A DNA stretch of 64,000 bases from contig DASXUN010000003.1 of NCBI GenBank assembly GCA_036504815.1, positions 220,784 through 284,783 of the forward strand, in the 5' to 3' direction. This stretch comes from Gemmatimonadaceae bacterium (GTDB taxonomy: Bacteria; Gemmatimonadota; Gemmatimonadetes; Gemmatimonadales; Gemmatimonadaceae). The translations under genes were made by a program, and so were the position numbers. The notes below the pieces were generated by a model. That model was not told the DNA's origin. It worked only from the letters and a program-made list of their open reading frames with translations, and did no database searches. The stretch's first letter is position 1. Each line of letters starts with the position of its first letter. Of the stretch, positions 38,644 through 49,929 are shown piece after piece.

Positions 38644-39620
38644 GAGGGACTCAGCTCTCCACGGAGGAAATGCGCGAGCCCGGTGGCTCCGCGGTGCTCA
38701 ACGTTGCGGGCCGCGGCGCCGATCGCCGCGCGCAGCGCATCCGTGATTATATCACCCGCGAGCAGTCGTGAGTAGAAGGTTGCGCCGAACACGTCGCCAC
38801 ACCCGGTGGGGTCCCCTTCGGTGTGCACCTGATGGGCGGCGGGCGCCAGCCGTTCGGTGCGCAGGGCGCCCGGGGCCGATCCCAGCGGCCGGCGCTCGGC
38901 CCGGCGGTCCGCTAGGCGGGCAAAATGCGACGGCGCAAAGTACACGCTCCCGCGCGGCCCCAGCGTGACCACCAGCGACTGGACCCCGGCCGCCAGGGCC
39001 GTGGCCGCCAGCGCCAGCCCGTCCGGCGCCATCATGGACAGCTCGTCCTCGTTCACCTGCAGCACGTCGAAACACCGGCACCAGTCGCCGACCCGCGGGA
39101 GCGGCTGCAGCGTGCGCAGCCCGGTGGGCTGCACCGCCAGCACCAGCGAGTGCAGGTCGCAGTAGATCGGGCCGCCGAAGTGCTGGCGGAGCAGGGTGAA
39201 GGTCTCGAGGTCAAGCTCGAAGCCCGAGATGAGGTTCACGTACAGCGCGTCGAGGTCCGCGACGAGCGGCTGCAACCCCTGCCAGGTCCACCCGGGCACG
39301 CCGCCGGTCAGCACTTCGCTGCGGCGCTCGGCGTCGACATAACGAAGCTCGACCCGATTGTTGGGATACGGCACCAGGACGGGCGCCGCATCCGCCGCGA
39401 GCCGGCGGAGCGTCGAGAGAAAGGTGCGCGCCTCGCGGGACAGATCGTCGCCGACTTTCATGATCGGCACGATCTCCCAGTCGTCGGGAAGGGCGGCGTC
39501 GAACCCCGCGAGCGCATAGGTGATGCCGCCCCACTCCTGCACGGGGGCCGTCCGCACGTCGCGACCGTAGATGACGTCCCAGACGAACGTGCCGAGGACG
39601 CCGACCCGGCGCTTCTTCAC
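38640..39620 (-). CDS. PfkB-family sugar/nucleoside kinase (atypical)
   Basis: C-terminal PfkB signature DPTGCGDVFGATFYSRLLAG. GTG start overlapping the ROK-kinase stop (GTGA). Confidence 0.78.
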   Translation of the reverse strand: MKKRRVGVLGTFVWDVIYGRDVRTAPVQEWGGITYALAGFDAALPDDWEIVPIMKVGDDLSREARTFLSTLRRLAADAAPVLVPYPNNRVELRYVDAERRSEVLTGGVPGWTWQGLQPLVADLDALYVNLISGFELDLETFTLLRQHFGGPIYCDLHSLVLAVQPTGLRTLQPLPRVGDWCRCFDVLQVNEDELSMMAPDGLALAATALAAGVQSLVVTLGPRGSVYFAPSHFARLADRRAERRPLGSAPGALRTERLAPAAHQVHTEGDPTGCGDVFGATFYSRLLAGDIITDALRAAIGAAARNVEHRGATGLAHFLRGELSPS

Positions 39621-40609
39621 GCCACCGGGTGCTCAGCGAGGAAGGCGGCGACCGCGCCCACCATGCCGGCGCTGCCGTCGAGCGACCCCGGCACGATGCG
39701 ACAGGCATCCACCGCCGGCTTGAACGCCCGGCGTCGCACTTCCGACCGCAGCGGAACGAACAACGAGTCCCCCGCCTTGGCCACGCCGCCGGCCAGCACC
39801 ACCACGTCGGGGTTGAAGACGTTGAGCATGTTGGCAACGCCGATGCCGAGGAAGCGCGCCGTGTCCTTGACCACTTCCGACGCAATCGCATCGCCCTTGG
39901 CCGCCGCGTCGTAGACGATCGCGGCCGTCAGCTTGCCCAGGTCGCCCTGCACCAGTTCGGGGATGAGCGAGGGCTCGCTGCCGGCCAGCGCCTCGCGGGC
40001 GCGCATCGCGATGTTCGGGCCCGACGCATAGGCCTCGAGGCATCCGTAGTTGCCGCAGCCGCACCGCCGGCCGTTGGCCTCGATGGTCATGTGGCCGATC
40101 TCGCCCGCCACGTCGCTCGCGCCGTGCACCAGGCGTCCGTCCAGGATGAGGCCGCCGCCGATGCCCGTGCCGAGCGTGAAACCCACCACGTTCCTGGCGC
40201 CCTTCGCGGCGCCCAGCCACCACTCGCCGAGCGTCGCGCAATTCGCGTCGTTGTCGAGCACGGCCGGAAGCCCCACCGACGTGCTGACCAGGTCGCGGAG
40301 CGGGAAATCCTTCCAGCCGAGGTTGGGGGTCAGGATGACGAGTCCCTTCTCGCGGTCGAGCGGTCCGGGCGACCCGACGCCGACGCCCAGGAACTGTGCA
40401 CGCGTCGCCCCGGTCTCGCGGATGACGGTCGCGATGGTCGTCTCGATCATCTCACGGATGCGCTCGATCACCGCGTCGGCGCCGAGCGCGGCGCGCGTGG
40501 GCAGCGAATGCACGCCGAGTTCTCGGCTTCCATCGGCCGGCATGGCGCCGACCACGAGGTTGGTGCCGCCGATATCGACGCCGATGACGTACTTGGAGGA
40601 CGCGGTCAT
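39617..40609 (-). CDS. ROK-family glucokinase
   Basis: ORF 39617..40729. Start at ATG 40609 (MTASSKYVIGVDIGGTN), overlapping the upstream stop (ATGA). Zinc motif CGCGNYGCLEAY. Confidence 0.85.
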   Translation of the reverse strand: MTASSKYVIGVDIGGTNLVVGAMPADGSRELGVHSLPTRAALGADAVIERIREMIETTIATVIRETGATRAQFLGVGVGSPGPLDREKGLVILTPNLGWKDFPLRDLVSTSVGLPAVLDNDANCATLGEWWLGAAKGARNVVGFTLGTGIGGGLILDGRLVHGASDVAGEIGHMTIEANGRRCGCGNYGCLEAYASGPNIAMRAREALAGSEPSLIPELVQGDLGKLTAAIVYDAAAKGDAIASEVVKDTARFLGIGVANMLNVFNPDVVVLAGGVAKAGDSLFVPLRSEVRRRAFKPAVDACRIVPGSLDGSAGMVGAVAAFLAEHPVA

Positions 40610-41619
40610 GAGGACGCGGGGAGTGATGAGAGCAAATTGCGCACGCGCGCCGCCACCCGCGAGGGCTCCAGCGTCTGCATGCAGGCAAAATGGCCGAGCG
40701 GGCATTCCTTGGGGCCGTGGGGATGGCACGGCCGGCAGGGGAGACCCTCGACGCCAAGCACCTCCGACCGCGGGGCGAGGGGGCCAAAGCCGAACGCCGG
40801 CACCGTGGGGCCGAAGATCGTGAGCGTGGGCGTGCCGATGCCGGAGGCCAGATGCGTCGGGGCCGAGTCGTTCGCCACCAGCACGGCGCAGCGGCCGATC
40901 ATCTCGGCGCTCGCGAGCAGCGCCAGCCGGCCCGTCGCATCGAGCACGCGTCCCGGGGCGGCGGCGGCGACCGTCTCGGCAAGGGCGGAGTCTTCGTGGC
41001 TGCCGATGATGACGAACCGCACTTCATCGAGTGACGAGACGAGCGTGGCGACGTGCGGCCAGCGCTTGGTGCCCCAGATGCTCCCCGGCGCGACCGCGAC
41101 GAGCGGGCCGCCATCCGGGAGTTCCTCGAGCAGCGTGTCGACGGCAGCGCGGTCCTCGGCCGACGGATACAGGTGCGGGCGGATGATTTCCGAAGCCGGC
41201 GCCGGCGCCGCGTCGCCGGCGGCGAGCCGCCACAGTCGCTCGGCGTGATGGGCGTCGCGGCGGTAGTGCACCCGTTCCGTGTACAGTGCGCGCCCCGCGG
41301 AGGTGTCGAAGCCCACCCGCCGCGGGATGCGCGCCGCGCGGGCCAGCACGGCGCTGCGCAACGAACCCTGCGCGAGGTAGACCGCGTCGTAGCGGCCCCG
41401 GAGGCGGTGCGCCAGCCGACGCAGGCCCAGCATGCCGGCGTCCGCCCCGCGCTTGTCGTAGACGAGGAGTTCGCGGACCGCGGGATTGCCGCGCAGCAGC
41501 GACGCGCCGTGGGGGGTGACGACGACGTCCACGGGGCCCCGCTCCGCCAGCGCCGCGATCAGCGGGGTCGACAGGACGGTGTCGCCGAGAAACGAGGTCT
41601 GAATGACGAGCGAGGCCAC
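40606..41619 (-). CDS. glycosyltransferase family 9 (ADP-heptose:LPS heptosyltransferase-like)
   Basis: LVIQTSFLGDTVLSTPLIAAL...; C-terminal ND(S)APTHLA..GTPT..IFGPT pattern. GTG start immediately after the lepA stop. Confidence 0.85.
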   Translation of the reverse strand: MASLVIQTSFLGDTVLSTPLIAALAERGPVDVVVTPHGASLLRGNPAVRELLVYDKRGADAGMLGLRRLAHRLRGRYDAVYLAQGSLRSAVLARAARIPRRVGFDTSAGRALYTERVHYRRDAHHAERLWRLAAGDAAPAPASEIIRPHLYPSAEDRAAVDTLLEELPDGGPLVAVAPGSIWGTKRWPHVATLVSSLDEVRFVIIGSHEDSALAETVAAAAPGRVLDATGRLALLASAEMIGRCAVLVANDSAPTHLASGIGTPTLTIFGPTVPAFGFGPLAPRSEVLGVEGLPCRPCHPHGPKECPLGHFACMQTLEPSRVAARVRNLLSSLPASS

Positions 41620-43416
<1,797 letters not shown>

Positions 43417-43505
43417 GACGGTGCGGTTCGGGTTAGCCTTGAAAGTTAGCCGATTGCGGGGCTGGGTCCAAGGTGAACGGGCCGGGATTGGCGTGGTACT
43501 CGTGC

Positions 43506-43677
43506 CTTTTTCACCTCGGAGGCACGGAGGACGACTAGAGGGCCACGGAGAACTACCACCAACTTGGGGGAACGACAGCGCGCTTCGCAGAGCTTCACGT
43601 GGCGCTCGCCGTAACCCCAAGGAGTCGTCGTTCTCCGTGGCCCTCAAGTTGTCCTCCGTGCCTCCGTGGTGAGAAAG
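43506..43677. repeat. 172-nt imperfect palindrome (candidate structured RNA or MITE-like element)
   Basis: Arms 43506..43553 and 43630..43677 pair almost perfectly (ctttttcacc-tcggaggcacggaggacgactagagggccacggagaac / gttctccgtggccctcaagttgtcctccgtgcctccgt-ggtgagaaag). Inner cttgggg/ccccaag and agcgc/gcgct pairs extend the stem. Each arm has three CACGGAG/CTCCGTG heptamers. Confidence 0.85.
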
Positions 43678-43738
43678 TCATCGGAGCCGAGCCGAACCCC
43701 GCGTTTTGGTGCGCCACTGCGTACTATTAGGACGCGTC

Positions 43739-44656
43739 ATGACAGGCCCCGCCAACACGCAGCGTCCCGAGCTCCTCGATCCCGCCCAGCTGAATGCGCT
43801 CGGCGGGCTGGAGATTCGTGCGCGTTGGGTCGTGGAAGGCTTCCTCACCGGGCTGCATCGGTCGCGCAAGAAGGGCTTCTCCGTCGAGTTTGCGGAGCAC
43901 CGCCCGTACATGCCCGGCGACGACCTGCGGTACATGGACTGGAAGATGGCCGCCCGCGCCGACAAGTGGCTGATCAAGCTGTTTGAGGAGGAGACCAACC
44001 TCCGCGCGACGGTGGTGCTGGACGTCTCGAAATCCATGCACTGGTCGGGCTCGCCCGCGCGGCTCACCAAGATGCAGTACGCGGAGACGCTCGTCGCCGC
44101 CGTGTCGCTGCTCCTCCTGCGCCAGCGCGACGCCGTCGGCCTGATCCGCTTTGACGACGAGGTGCGCACCGTCCTCCCGCCGCGGTCGCGCGACCTGCAT
44201 TTCCGGCGCATTCTCGCCGCGCTCAGCGACCCGGGGGCCGGCCTGGGGAGCGACGCACCGGGCGCGCTCATGCGGGCGGCCCGGTTGGTGCCGCGTCCGG
44301 GGATGGTGATCATCGTGAGCGACCTGCTCCTCGATGCGGCGGAGACCGTCAGGGCCGTGCAGGTGCTGCGCGGCGCGGGGCACCAGGTGACCGTGCTGCA
44401 CCTGCTCGATCCCGCCGAGCACGACCTCTCGGTGGCGGGCGCCGAGCTGGTCTTCGTGGACCCCGAGACGGGGACGGAAGTCGAAGCCTCGGTTGGCGAC
44501 GTGCGCGCGGCCTATCGCGCGACGGTGGACGAGGCGATCGCCGAGTGGCGGTCGCGCCTGGCGGGGGCCGGCGCGTCTTATGAGCCGATCTACACCGACG
44601 CGCCGTTCGTCGTGCCGGTGCGCCGCGCCTTCCTGTCACGCCGGCGCCTGCCGTGA
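43739..44656 (+). CDS. DUF58 domain protein (vWA-like, MoxR-system associated)
   Basis: ORF 43706..44656. Start at ATG 43739. GLHRSRKKGFSVEFAEHRPYMPGDDLRYMDWK..AR.DKW.IKLFEEE. Confidence 0.85.
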   Translation: MTGPANTQRPELLDPAQLNALGGLEIRARWVVEGFLTGLHRSRKKGFSVEFAEHRPYMPGDDLRYMDWKMAARADKWLIKLFEEETNLRATVVLDVSKSMHWSGSPARLTKMQYAETLVAAVSLLLLRQRDAVGLIRFDDEVRTVLPPRSRDLHFRRILAALSDPGAGLGSDAPGALMRAARLVPRPGMVIIVSDLLLDAAETVRAVQVLRGAGHQVTVLHLLDPAEHDLSVAGAELVFVDPETGTEVEASVGDVRAAYRATVDEAIAEWRSRLAGAGASYEPIYTDAPFVVPVRRAFLSRRRLP

Positions 44657-46458
44657 GTTTCCTCGCGCCGTTCGCGCTGCTGCTGGGACTCGCCGCGGCG
44701 CTCCCGCTCTGGCTGCACCTCCGTCGCCGCAAGGTGGAGATGCGGCTCGACTTTCCCGCGGTGCGCTACCTGCTGCGCGCGGAGCAGGAGCACGCGCGCG
44801 AACTGAAGGTCCGCAACGTGCTGCTGATGGCGTTGCGCGTCGCCATCGTGCTGCTCCTCGCGCTCGCCGCCGCCCGGCCGTTGGCGCGCCTCGGCGTCGG
44901 TGGGCACGGGCCGACGGCGCTGGCCGTGGTGCTCGACAACTCGATGAGCACCGGCGCGGTCGTGGGGGGCCGGCCGGTGCTTGCCGGCCTCCAGGAGGCG
45001 GCGCATGCCGTGCTCGAGCGCGCGCGGTCCAGCGACCGCCTTTGGGTCGTGACGGCGGATGGCGCCGTGACGGGAGGGGCGGCGTCCGTGGTCGGCGCGG
45101 CGGTCGACCACATCACGAGCGGCGCGGGGGCCGGCGACCTGCCCGCCGCCGTGCGCACCGCCGCCGCGCTGGCGAGCGGGGCAGGGTTGCCCGCCGCACG
45201 CGTCGTCGTTGTCACCGATGGCCAGGCGAGCGCGTGGCCGGCGCAGCTGCCGCGTCCGTCGGCGCCGCTGCTCCTCTACGCGCCCGGCACGCCGCCGCCA
45301 GCGAATCGGGCGGTGACGCGCGCCGTTGCCGATCCGCCGCACTGGGCGCCGCGCGGCGTGGTGCGCGCCACCGTGCTGGCGCGCGACGCGGTGACGTGGC
45401 GCGCCGCGCTGGGCTCGACGACGCTCGCACGCGGCACCGTGGCCGGCGGCGGGACAATTGAAGCCGCCGCCGCGCCGGCCGCCCGCGGCTGGACGTCGGG
45501 TGTGATCGAGCTGCCGCCGGACGAGTTGCGCGCCGACGACGCGCGCCCCTTCGCGCTGCATGTCGGCCCGGCCCCCGCGGCGCGCGTCGATGCGTCCGCC
45601 GGGGCGTTCGCGCGCACGGCGCTGGCGGCGCTGGCCGCGGATGGTCGGGTGCGCGAAGGAAACGGCGTGACGGTTGCCGGCGCGGAGAGCGGCACGGCGT
45701 TGCCGGCGCTGCTGACCGCGCCCAGCGACCCGGCGCGCGTGGCGCTCGCCAATCGCGCGCTCGAGCGCGCGCGAATTCCGTGGCGCTTCGGTGAACGTCG
45801 TGCGGGACCCGTGCCGATGCGCGGGGACGGCCTCGACGGCGCGAGCGCCTTGCGCTACTACGCGCTCGAGCGGGTCGGCGCCGCGCCGTCTGACACGCTG
45901 GCCAGGGTGGGCGTCGAGCCGGTCATCGTCGCCGGGGAGGGGTGGGTGCTCACGGCCTTCGCGCTCGACCCGGCGGATACCGACCTGCCGGTGCGCGCGC
46001 CCTTTCTGCCGTGGCTCGATCGCACGATCGCGCGGCGCCTGGCCGCCGATGCCGGGCCGGTGATCGACACGTCGCCGCTCGCGTGGATTGCGCGCCCGGC
46101 GTGGGCGACGGGGCTCGAGGCGCCGGACGGCACCGTGCTCGCACTCGACGGCGCGCGGTTCCGCGCGAGCGCGGCCGGAGGGGTCTACTTCCTGCGACGC
46201 GGTGCGGAGCGGGCCGGCGCGGTGGTGGTGGCCGCCGAGAGCGGCGAGTCGGTGCTGGAGCGCGCGAGCGCGGCCTCCATCGCGTCGCGATTCGCCGGCG
46301 GTGAGGCGTCGGGGACGGACGACGTCGCGCGCATCGCCGCGCGGGCCTGGTCGGACAAGTCGCCGCGCCCGATCCTCGCCGCTCTGCTCCTCGCAGTCCT
46401 TGCGCTGCTGGCCCTCGAAACGTGGGTTTCGCGCCGCGATGCAGCGGAGACGGGCTAG
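44653..46458 (+). CDS. BatA-type N-terminal double-TM / vWA-like protein
   Basis: MSFLAPFALLLGLAAALPLWLHLRRRK... second TM LMALRVAIVLLLALAAARP, then VVLDNSMS (vWA-like). GTG overlaps the DUF58 stop (GTGA). Confidence 0.7.
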   Translation: MSFLAPFALLLGLAAALPLWLHLRRRKVEMRLDFPAVRYLLRAEQEHARELKVRNVLLMALRVAIVLLLALAAARPLARLGVGGHGPTALAVVLDNSMSTGAVVGGRPVLAGLQEAAHAVLERARSSDRLWVVTADGAVTGGAASVVGAAVDHITSGAGAGDLPAAVRTAAALASGAGLPAARVVVVTDGQASAWPAQLPRPSAPLLLYAPGTPPPANRAVTRAVADPPHWAPRGVVRATVLARDAVTWRAALGSTTLARGTVAGGGTIEAAAAPAARGWTSGVIELPPDELRADDARPFALHVGPAPAARVDASAGAFARTALAALAADGRVREGNGVTVAGAESGTALPALLTAPSDPARVALANRALERARIPWRFGERRAGPVPMRGDGLDGASALRYYALERVGAAPSDTLARVGVEPVIVAGEGWVLTAFALDPADTDLPVRAPFLPWLDRTIARRLAADAGPVIDTSPLAWIARPAWATGLEAPDGTVLALDGARFRASAAGGVYFLRRGAERAGAVVVAAESGESVLERASAASIASRFAGGEASGTDDVARIAARAWSDKSPRPILAALLLAVLALLALETWVSRRDAAETG

Positions 46459-46461
46459 CCG

Positions 46462-49400
46462 ATGCCGCTCCCGCTCCTCCTCGATCGTTTCACGGCGCTG
46501 CCGCAGTTCCAGTCGCTGCGCGCCCAGATGCCGCGTCCGGGCGAGCCGCTGGCGGTCACGGGCCTCGCCGGCTCGGGTGATGCGCTGCTCGTCGCGGCGC
46601 TCGCGCACGACGCGCCCAACCGCCTGCACATCGTCATTGCCGATCAGGTGCCGGAGGCGGAACGCTGGCTCGCCGACCTCGAGGCGCTGCTCGGCGAGGG
46701 CATGGTGGCGCTGTACCCGTCGCGCGAGGGCTTCGGCGAGGTCGAGCCGCACGCCGAAGTTGCGGGCGAGCGGGTGGAAACGCTCGAACGACTCAACCGC
46801 GGCCAGGTGCGCATTCTGGTCACCACCCTGCGGGCCACGCAGGAGCGCACGCGCCTGCCGCAGGCGCTGGCCGAATCGCGGCTCGAACTCGCGCGCGGCG
46901 CGTCGTGGCGCCTCGAGGATCTCGCGGACCATCTCGCCCGCATCGGCTTCGAGCGCGTGGAGATGGTGGAGGACGTCGCGCAGTTCTCGGTGCGCGGTGG
47001 CATCGTCGACGCGTACGGCTTTGGCATGCCCGCCCCGGTGCGCCTCGAATTCTGGGGCGACGAGCTGGTAGAGTTGCGCGAATTCGACCTGTCGAGCCAG
47101 CGGACCACGCGGTCGGTGGAGCGCGCCGTCGTCCTGCCTGTCGACGTCGTGCCTGACGCCCGGCGGGATGCCGACGCTGAGCTCGATGCCGACGCCCGTC
47201 TCGATGCCCTGCCAGCATCCGCATCGACGCCACGCTCCGGCAAAGGCAGGCCGGCCGCGGAGTACGCACCCGCGCGTCACTCGATGGCTGACCTGTGGCC
47301 GCCCGATTCGCTGGTCATCGTGCCCGAAGGCGTGCACGTGGAGCCGGAGCTGCGGCGCACGTGGGACGAGGCGGCGCACCATCTCGAACTCGCGCGCCGG
47401 CGCGGCGAGGACGTGGCCGCGCGCGACGAGCTGTTGCAGCCGCCCGAAGTGGCCGCGGCGGCGCTGCGCCGTTTCGCGGCCCTGGCCATCGTGCCGCCCG
47501 AGGGGGACGCTGGCCTGGCCTTTCCGCTGCGGCCGCCCGAGCCGATCGAACGCGACATGGCGCGCCTGCGCGCGGTCGTGGCCGATGGCACGCCGACGGT
47601 CATCCTGTGCGACAACGCGGGGCAGGCGGAACGCCTTGAGGAATTGCTGGCGCCAAAGGGACGCGAGGCGCTCCCGGCCCTCTCGATCGGCGTGCTCGGC
47701 GGCGGCTTCGTCATACCGCCGCGGGGCGCGCCCGACGGCCTGCGCGTCCTTACCGACCACGAGATCTTCCGGCGCGACCGTCGCATACGCCGCGCCCGCA
47801 AGTACGCGGCCGGTACCGCGCTCGAACTCGTCGGCGCGCTCAAGCCCGGCGACTTCGTGGTGCACCTCGAGCACGGGGTCGGCATCTACCGCGGGATGGA
47901 GACGATCTTCGTCGGCGAGAGCACCATCGAGGTGATCGTCATCGAGTACGAGGGCGGCGACCGGCTGAACGTGCCGCTCTATCGCATCGACCAGGTGGAG
48001 CGCTTCCGGCACGCGACCGACCTGTCGGAGGACGCGCCGCCGCCGCGCCTCCACCGGCTGGGCGGCAAGAAGTGGGCGCAACAGCGCGACAAGACGCGCG
48101 CCGCTATTCATGAGATGACGCATGAGTTGCTTGAGCTCTACGCGCGGCGCCACGTGGCGCACCGTCCGCCGCACAACCCCGACGGCGCGTGGCAGAAGCA
48201 GCTGGAGAGTTCGTTCCTCTTCGAGGACACGCCCGATCAGCTGCGCGCCACGCAGGACGTGAAGCGCGACATGGAAGCGGCGCGCCCCATGGATCGCCTG
48301 CTGGTGGGCGATGTCGGGTACGGCAAGACCGAGATCGCCGTGCGGGCCGCCTTCAAGGCCGTGCAGAGCGGGCGGCAGGTGGCCGTGCTCGTCCCAACGA
48401 CGATCCTCGCCGAGCAGCACGCGCGCACCTTCGGCGAGCGTCTCGCCGACTTTCCGGTGAAGATCGCGGTGCTCTCCCGTTTCCAGACCGTGAAGGCGCA
48501 GAAGGCCGAGCTCGCGGAGCTGAAGGCGGGCACGGTGGACATCGTCATCGGCACGCACCGCCTTCTCTCGCCCGATGTGGAGTTTCGCCAGCTCGGGCTC
48601 ATCATCGTGGACGAGGAGCACCGCTTCGGGGTGAAGCACAAGGAGCGCCTGAAGCAGCTCAAGCTGGAGACCGACGTCCTGACGCTCACGGCGACGCCGA
48701 TCCCGCGCACGCTGCACCAGGCGCTCGCCGGCCTGCGCGACCTCACGCTCATGCAGACGCCTCCCCGCGACCGCTCCCCGGTGCTGACCTTCCTCGAGCC
48801 GTGGGACGACGGGCTGCTGGAGGAAGGGATCGCGCGCGAGCTCGACCGCGGCGGGCAGGTGTTCGTGGTGCACAATCGCATCGAGACCATCGAAGCGGTG
48901 GCCGACCACCTGCGCCGCATCGTGCCCCGCGGCCGCATCGAGGTGGGGCACGGCCAGATGCGCGAGCGCGACCTCGAGCAGGTGATGGCGCGCTTCGTCC
49001 GCGGCGAGATCGACGTGCTGGTGAGCACGATGATCGTCGAGAGCGGCCTCGACGTGCCCAACGCGAACACGATGTTCGTCAGCCGCGCCGACCGGTTCGG
49101 CCTCGCCCAGCTGTACCAGCTGCGCGGCCGGGTGGGGCGGTCGCACCGTCGGGCCTACTGCTACCTGCTCGTCCCCGACACCCAGGTCGATCTCGACGCC
49201 GAGCGCCGGCTCAAGGTGCTGGAGCATCACACCGAGCTCGGCGCGGGCTATCATGTCGCCCTCAAGGACCTCGAACTGCGCGGCGCCGGCAATCTGCTCG
49301 GCCCGGAGCAGTCGGGGTTCGTGCACGCCGTGGGTTTCGACCTGTACCTGCGGATGCTCGAGGAGACGGTCCAGCGCCTGCAGCGCGGCGCCGCCGCCGC

Positions 49401-49854
49401 CCCGCCGCCCCCGGCCGATGTCTCCATGGACATCCCCTGCTTCCTCCCCGACGACTTCATCGCCTCGGCCGACGCGAAGCTCGACCTGTACCGGCGACTG
49501 GCCGCCGCGCCGACGGTGGAAGCCATTGAAACCATCCGGGACGAGGTGCGCGACCGGTTCGGGCCGCTCCCGGCGCCGGCGGTCGCCTACGTCGCCTCCG
49601 TCCAGTTGCGCTTGGTGGGCGGCCGGCTCGGCATTGAGGGCATCCTGGTGCGCGGCGGGGAGGCGCGTGTTAACTTTCGGGGCGATGCGTTGCCGCGCAT
49701 GAAGCCCCTGGCCACCGCCTTCCGGGACGTCCAGTTCCAGGTGGATGTCCGGCGAGTGCAGCCCCTCTCGTTGAAGCTGACGCGTCTGGGCGTTGCCACG
49801 ATGCTCGAGGGGCTGGTGCGCGCGCTGCGAACAATTACGACCGAGCCGAAGTAA
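46462..49854 (+). CDS. mfd: transcription-repair coupling factor
   Basis: 1130 aa. UvrB-homology N-region, CarD-like VVHLEHGVGIY, helicase motifs LVGDVGYGKTE, DEEHRFG, and TRG motif region. Confidence 0.97.
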   Translation: MPLPLLLDRFTALPQFQSLRAQMPRPGEPLAVTGLAGSGDALLVAALAHDAPNRLHIVIADQVPEAERWLADLEALLGEGMVALYPSREGFGEVEPHAEVAGERVETLERLNRGQVRILVTTLRATQERTRLPQALAESRLELARGASWRLEDLADHLARIGFERVEMVEDVAQFSVRGGIVDAYGFGMPAPVRLEFWGDELVELREFDLSSQRTTRSVERAVVLPVDVVPDARRDADAELDADARLDALPASASTPRSGKGRPAAEYAPARHSMADLWPPDSLVIVPEGVHVEPELRRTWDEAAHHLELARRRGEDVAARDELLQPPEVAAAALRRFAALAIVPPEGDAGLAFPLRPPEPIERDMARLRAVVADGTPTVILCDNAGQAERLEELLAPKGREALPALSIGVLGGGFVIPPRGAPDGLRVLTDHEIFRRDRRIRRARKYAAGTALELVGALKPGDFVVHLEHGVGIYRGMETIFVGESTIEVIVIEYEGGDRLNVPLYRIDQVERFRHATDLSEDAPPPRLHRLGGKKWAQQRDKTRAAIHEMTHELLELYARRHVAHRPPHNPDGAWQKQLESSFLFEDTPDQLRATQDVKRDMEAARPMDRLLVGDVGYGKTEIAVRAAFKAVQSGRQVAVLVPTTILAEQHARTFGERLADFPVKIAVLSRFQTVKAQKAELAELKAGTVDIVIGTHRLLSPDVEFRQLGLIIVDEEHRFGVKHKERLKQLKLETDVLTLTATPIPRTLHQALAGLRDLTLMQTPPRDRSPVLTFLEPWDDGLLEEGIARELDRGGQVFVVHNRIETIEAVADHLRRIVPRGRIEVGHGQMRERDLEQVMARFVRGEIDVLVSTMIVESGLDVPNANTMFVSRADRFGLAQLYQLRGRVGRSHRRAYCYLLVPDTQVDLDAERRLKVLEHHTELGAGYHVALKDLELRGAGNLLGPEQSGFVHAVGFDLYLRMLEETVQRLQRGAAAAPPPPADVSMDIPCFLPDDFIASADAKLDLYRRLAAAPTVEAIETIRDEVRDRFGPLPAPAVAYVASVQLRLVGGRLGIEGILVRGGEARVNFRGDALPRMKPLATAFRDVQFQVDVRRVQPLSLKLTRLGVATMLEGLVRALRTITTEPK

Positions 49855-49929
49855 CACTTCCCTTACGGGACTGCCTGCCGCCGGCGCCTTCGCCGGGCGG
49901 CCGGGCAATGCCCGCCTTCCCATCTCTCG

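Noticed and set aside
43417-43647. 77-codon N-terminal extension of lepA in the ORF track
   Set aside because: LepA homology starts at (M)DQSRIRNF, encoded from GTG 43416. The extension reads through the palindromic element and the low-complexity intergenic DNA.
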